Part shown: piece after piece, positions 62,828-64,000 of the stretch
Numbering within the stretch: the stretch's first letter is position 1
How the letters are laid out: each line of letters starts with the position of its first letter
Assembly: GCA_902491375.1 (NCBI GenBank)
Contig: CABUHE010000004.1
Coordinates: 40,499-104,498 of the forward strand
DNA from: an uncultured Prevotella sp.
Lineage (GTDB): Bacteria > Bacteroidota > Bacteroidia > Bacteroidales > Bacteroidaceae
Direction: 5' to 3'
Length of the DNA: 64,000 nucleotides
Made by a program: the position numbers and the translations under genes
The notes under the pieces: generated by a model
Seen by the model: only the letters and a program-made list of their open reading frames with translations
Told to the model about the DNA's origin: nothing
Database searches by the model: none

Positions 62828-64000
62828 TGCCGTCTAATACCGATATATCAAAGCTGAAAAAGCTATATGAATCCCTCGACAGACTGAAAGAGTCCGGGGA
62901 GGATGTTGTTGCAGAAATACGTAAAGAAATCAACAACATCGAATTGCAATATCTCAAAGAAGATGTGTTTCCGGAAATGATGAAAACTCTAAGTCGCAAG
63001 ATATCTTTGTTGAGGTGCTCGGTTGATATGAGTTTGCAATTCGATGGCGAGAAGCAGCTTGATTATTCTTTCTGCAAATCCGGCTCTACAGTATTTGTCC
63101 GAGACAAATACGAATGTGGTTCCCAAGATGATGGTATTATTGAGATGCAGAAAGGAGATGCTACTTATTCGGCGATTATCTCTCCGGAACCTACTTCCGC
63201 ATCTGCTACAGATGCAATTGTTCGCATAGTTGAATATTCTGACAAGGCCATAGCTGTGTATGGCGATACCATGCGTTACTCTGAAAAATTCAAAGAGATA
63301 GGTGGATATTTTAATGATAGGCTGCGCGAAGGTGCTGGTTGGATTTTCTCCAAGAAGCATGAGTTGGAGGTACGCAATTTTATTAAAGACAAAATAACTG
63401 ATGTATATACAGAAAATCTTTCTCCATCAAACATTGTTGTAGTTCCCGTAAAATACGAGTTAGAGCAAAGCATAGCTGTATCACTTAAAAACATCAAATG
63501 TACATTAGAAGGTTTTCGTACTTTTTTATCAATGATAAAAAATAATCACGGACGAAGCTATTCTCCATCTACGGTCAATGTGTATTGCACAGCTACTAGA
63601 AGTAATTACATGCGGAATAAGATCTTAAAATATCATCATTCCGGTTATCTCTATAATCTAACAGACCTACGAATACTATCACAACTTTATGACGATGTTC
63701 AGGCCGACTTTGAGGCTAAGAGAACAAATTCGGGTTCTCCTCAAACTATTCGTCTATATATCCAGTTCATTGAGACATACTTTTCGGATAAAAAAGAGAC
63801 GGATGTCGAACCAATCCTCAAAGCAGAAATGGTTTCACCTACTGAGTCCATAAAAGAGACAGATACGCAAACTCGTGCCCCGTGGATTGTCATCAATTCC
63901 ATTTCTTTTAATGATTATATAATCTCAAACGGCAACTCCACCGAAAAGTTCATCGAATTTATCAATATTGTTGGCCCGGAATTAGTGTACCAAATGAAGA
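62827..64000 (+). CDS. Multidomain hypothetical protein coupled to brxL (partial, at least 391 aa, absent from the ORF track)
   Basis: ATG at 62827 overlaps the brxL TAA. The frame MPSNTDISKLKKLYESL... is open to the window end. Confidence 0.85.
   Translation, partial: MPSNTDISKLKKLYESLDRLKESGEDVVAEIRKEINNIELQYLKEDVFPEMMKTLSRKISLLRCSVDMSLQFDGEKQLDYSFCKSGSTVFVRDKYECGSQDDGIIEMQKGDATYSAIISPEPTSASATDAIVRIVEYSDKAIAVYGDTMRYSEKFKEIGGYFNDRLREGAGWIFSKKHELEVRNFIKDKITDVYTENLSPSNIVVVPVKYELEQSIAVSLKNIKCTLEGFRTFLSMIKNNHGRSYSPSTVNVYCTATRSNYMRNKILKYHHSGYLYNLTDLRILSQLYDDVQADFEAKRTNSGSPQTIRLYIQFIETYFSDKKETDVEPILKAEMVSPTESIKETDTQTRAPWIVINSISFNDYIISNGNSTEKFIEFINIVGPELVYQMK

Larger units (their letters stand above)
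44711..64000 (+). mobile_element. Integrative mobilisable element next to the dnaK 3' end (left boundary approximate, right end outside the window)
   Basis: HTH, integrase, xis, VirE-N, PriCT-2/DUF3987, mobC and relaxase backbone, then AT-rich defence cargo. Codon style changes after dnaK and the host 22-bp arrays are absent. Confidence 0.88.

Overview
This window looks like chromosomal DNA from a Bacteroidales (Prevotella-like) bacterium and falls into three blocks. (1) About 0.5-31.9 kb is a co-oriented polysaccharide utilisation locus behind a hybrid two-component regulator. Its enzymes (GH127, GH141-like, GH78, GH138-like, GH137-GH2-malectin, two GH2, GH106, acetylesterase) match my recollection of the content and order of part of the B. 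thetaiotaomicron rhamnogalacturonan-II locus. An IolF-like MFS transporter sits in front of a GH78 that has no signal peptide. (2) About 32-44.7 kb holds housekeeping genes: a DMT transporter, an ABC-type ATPase plus DUF4435/TOPRIM pair resembling PARIS, manA, trkH, trkA, dxs and dnaK. (3) From about 44.8 kb to the window end is a mobilisable integrative element directly after dnaK (HTH, tyrosine integrase, excisionase, primase/helicase module, oriT candidate, mobC, relaxase). Its cargo is a decaying vsr, an XRE regulator, an intact type 4 BREX operon (brxP-brxC-pglZ-brxL) and a coupled multidomain ORF that the ORF track misses and that runs off the window. Outside coding regions, five host intergenic arrays of a 22-bp unit each have a CTGA-N3-TCA motif nearby, and a 29-codon ORF with its own promoter and hairpin lies between dxs and dnaK. 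All family calls come from motif recognition by eye; no database searches were run.
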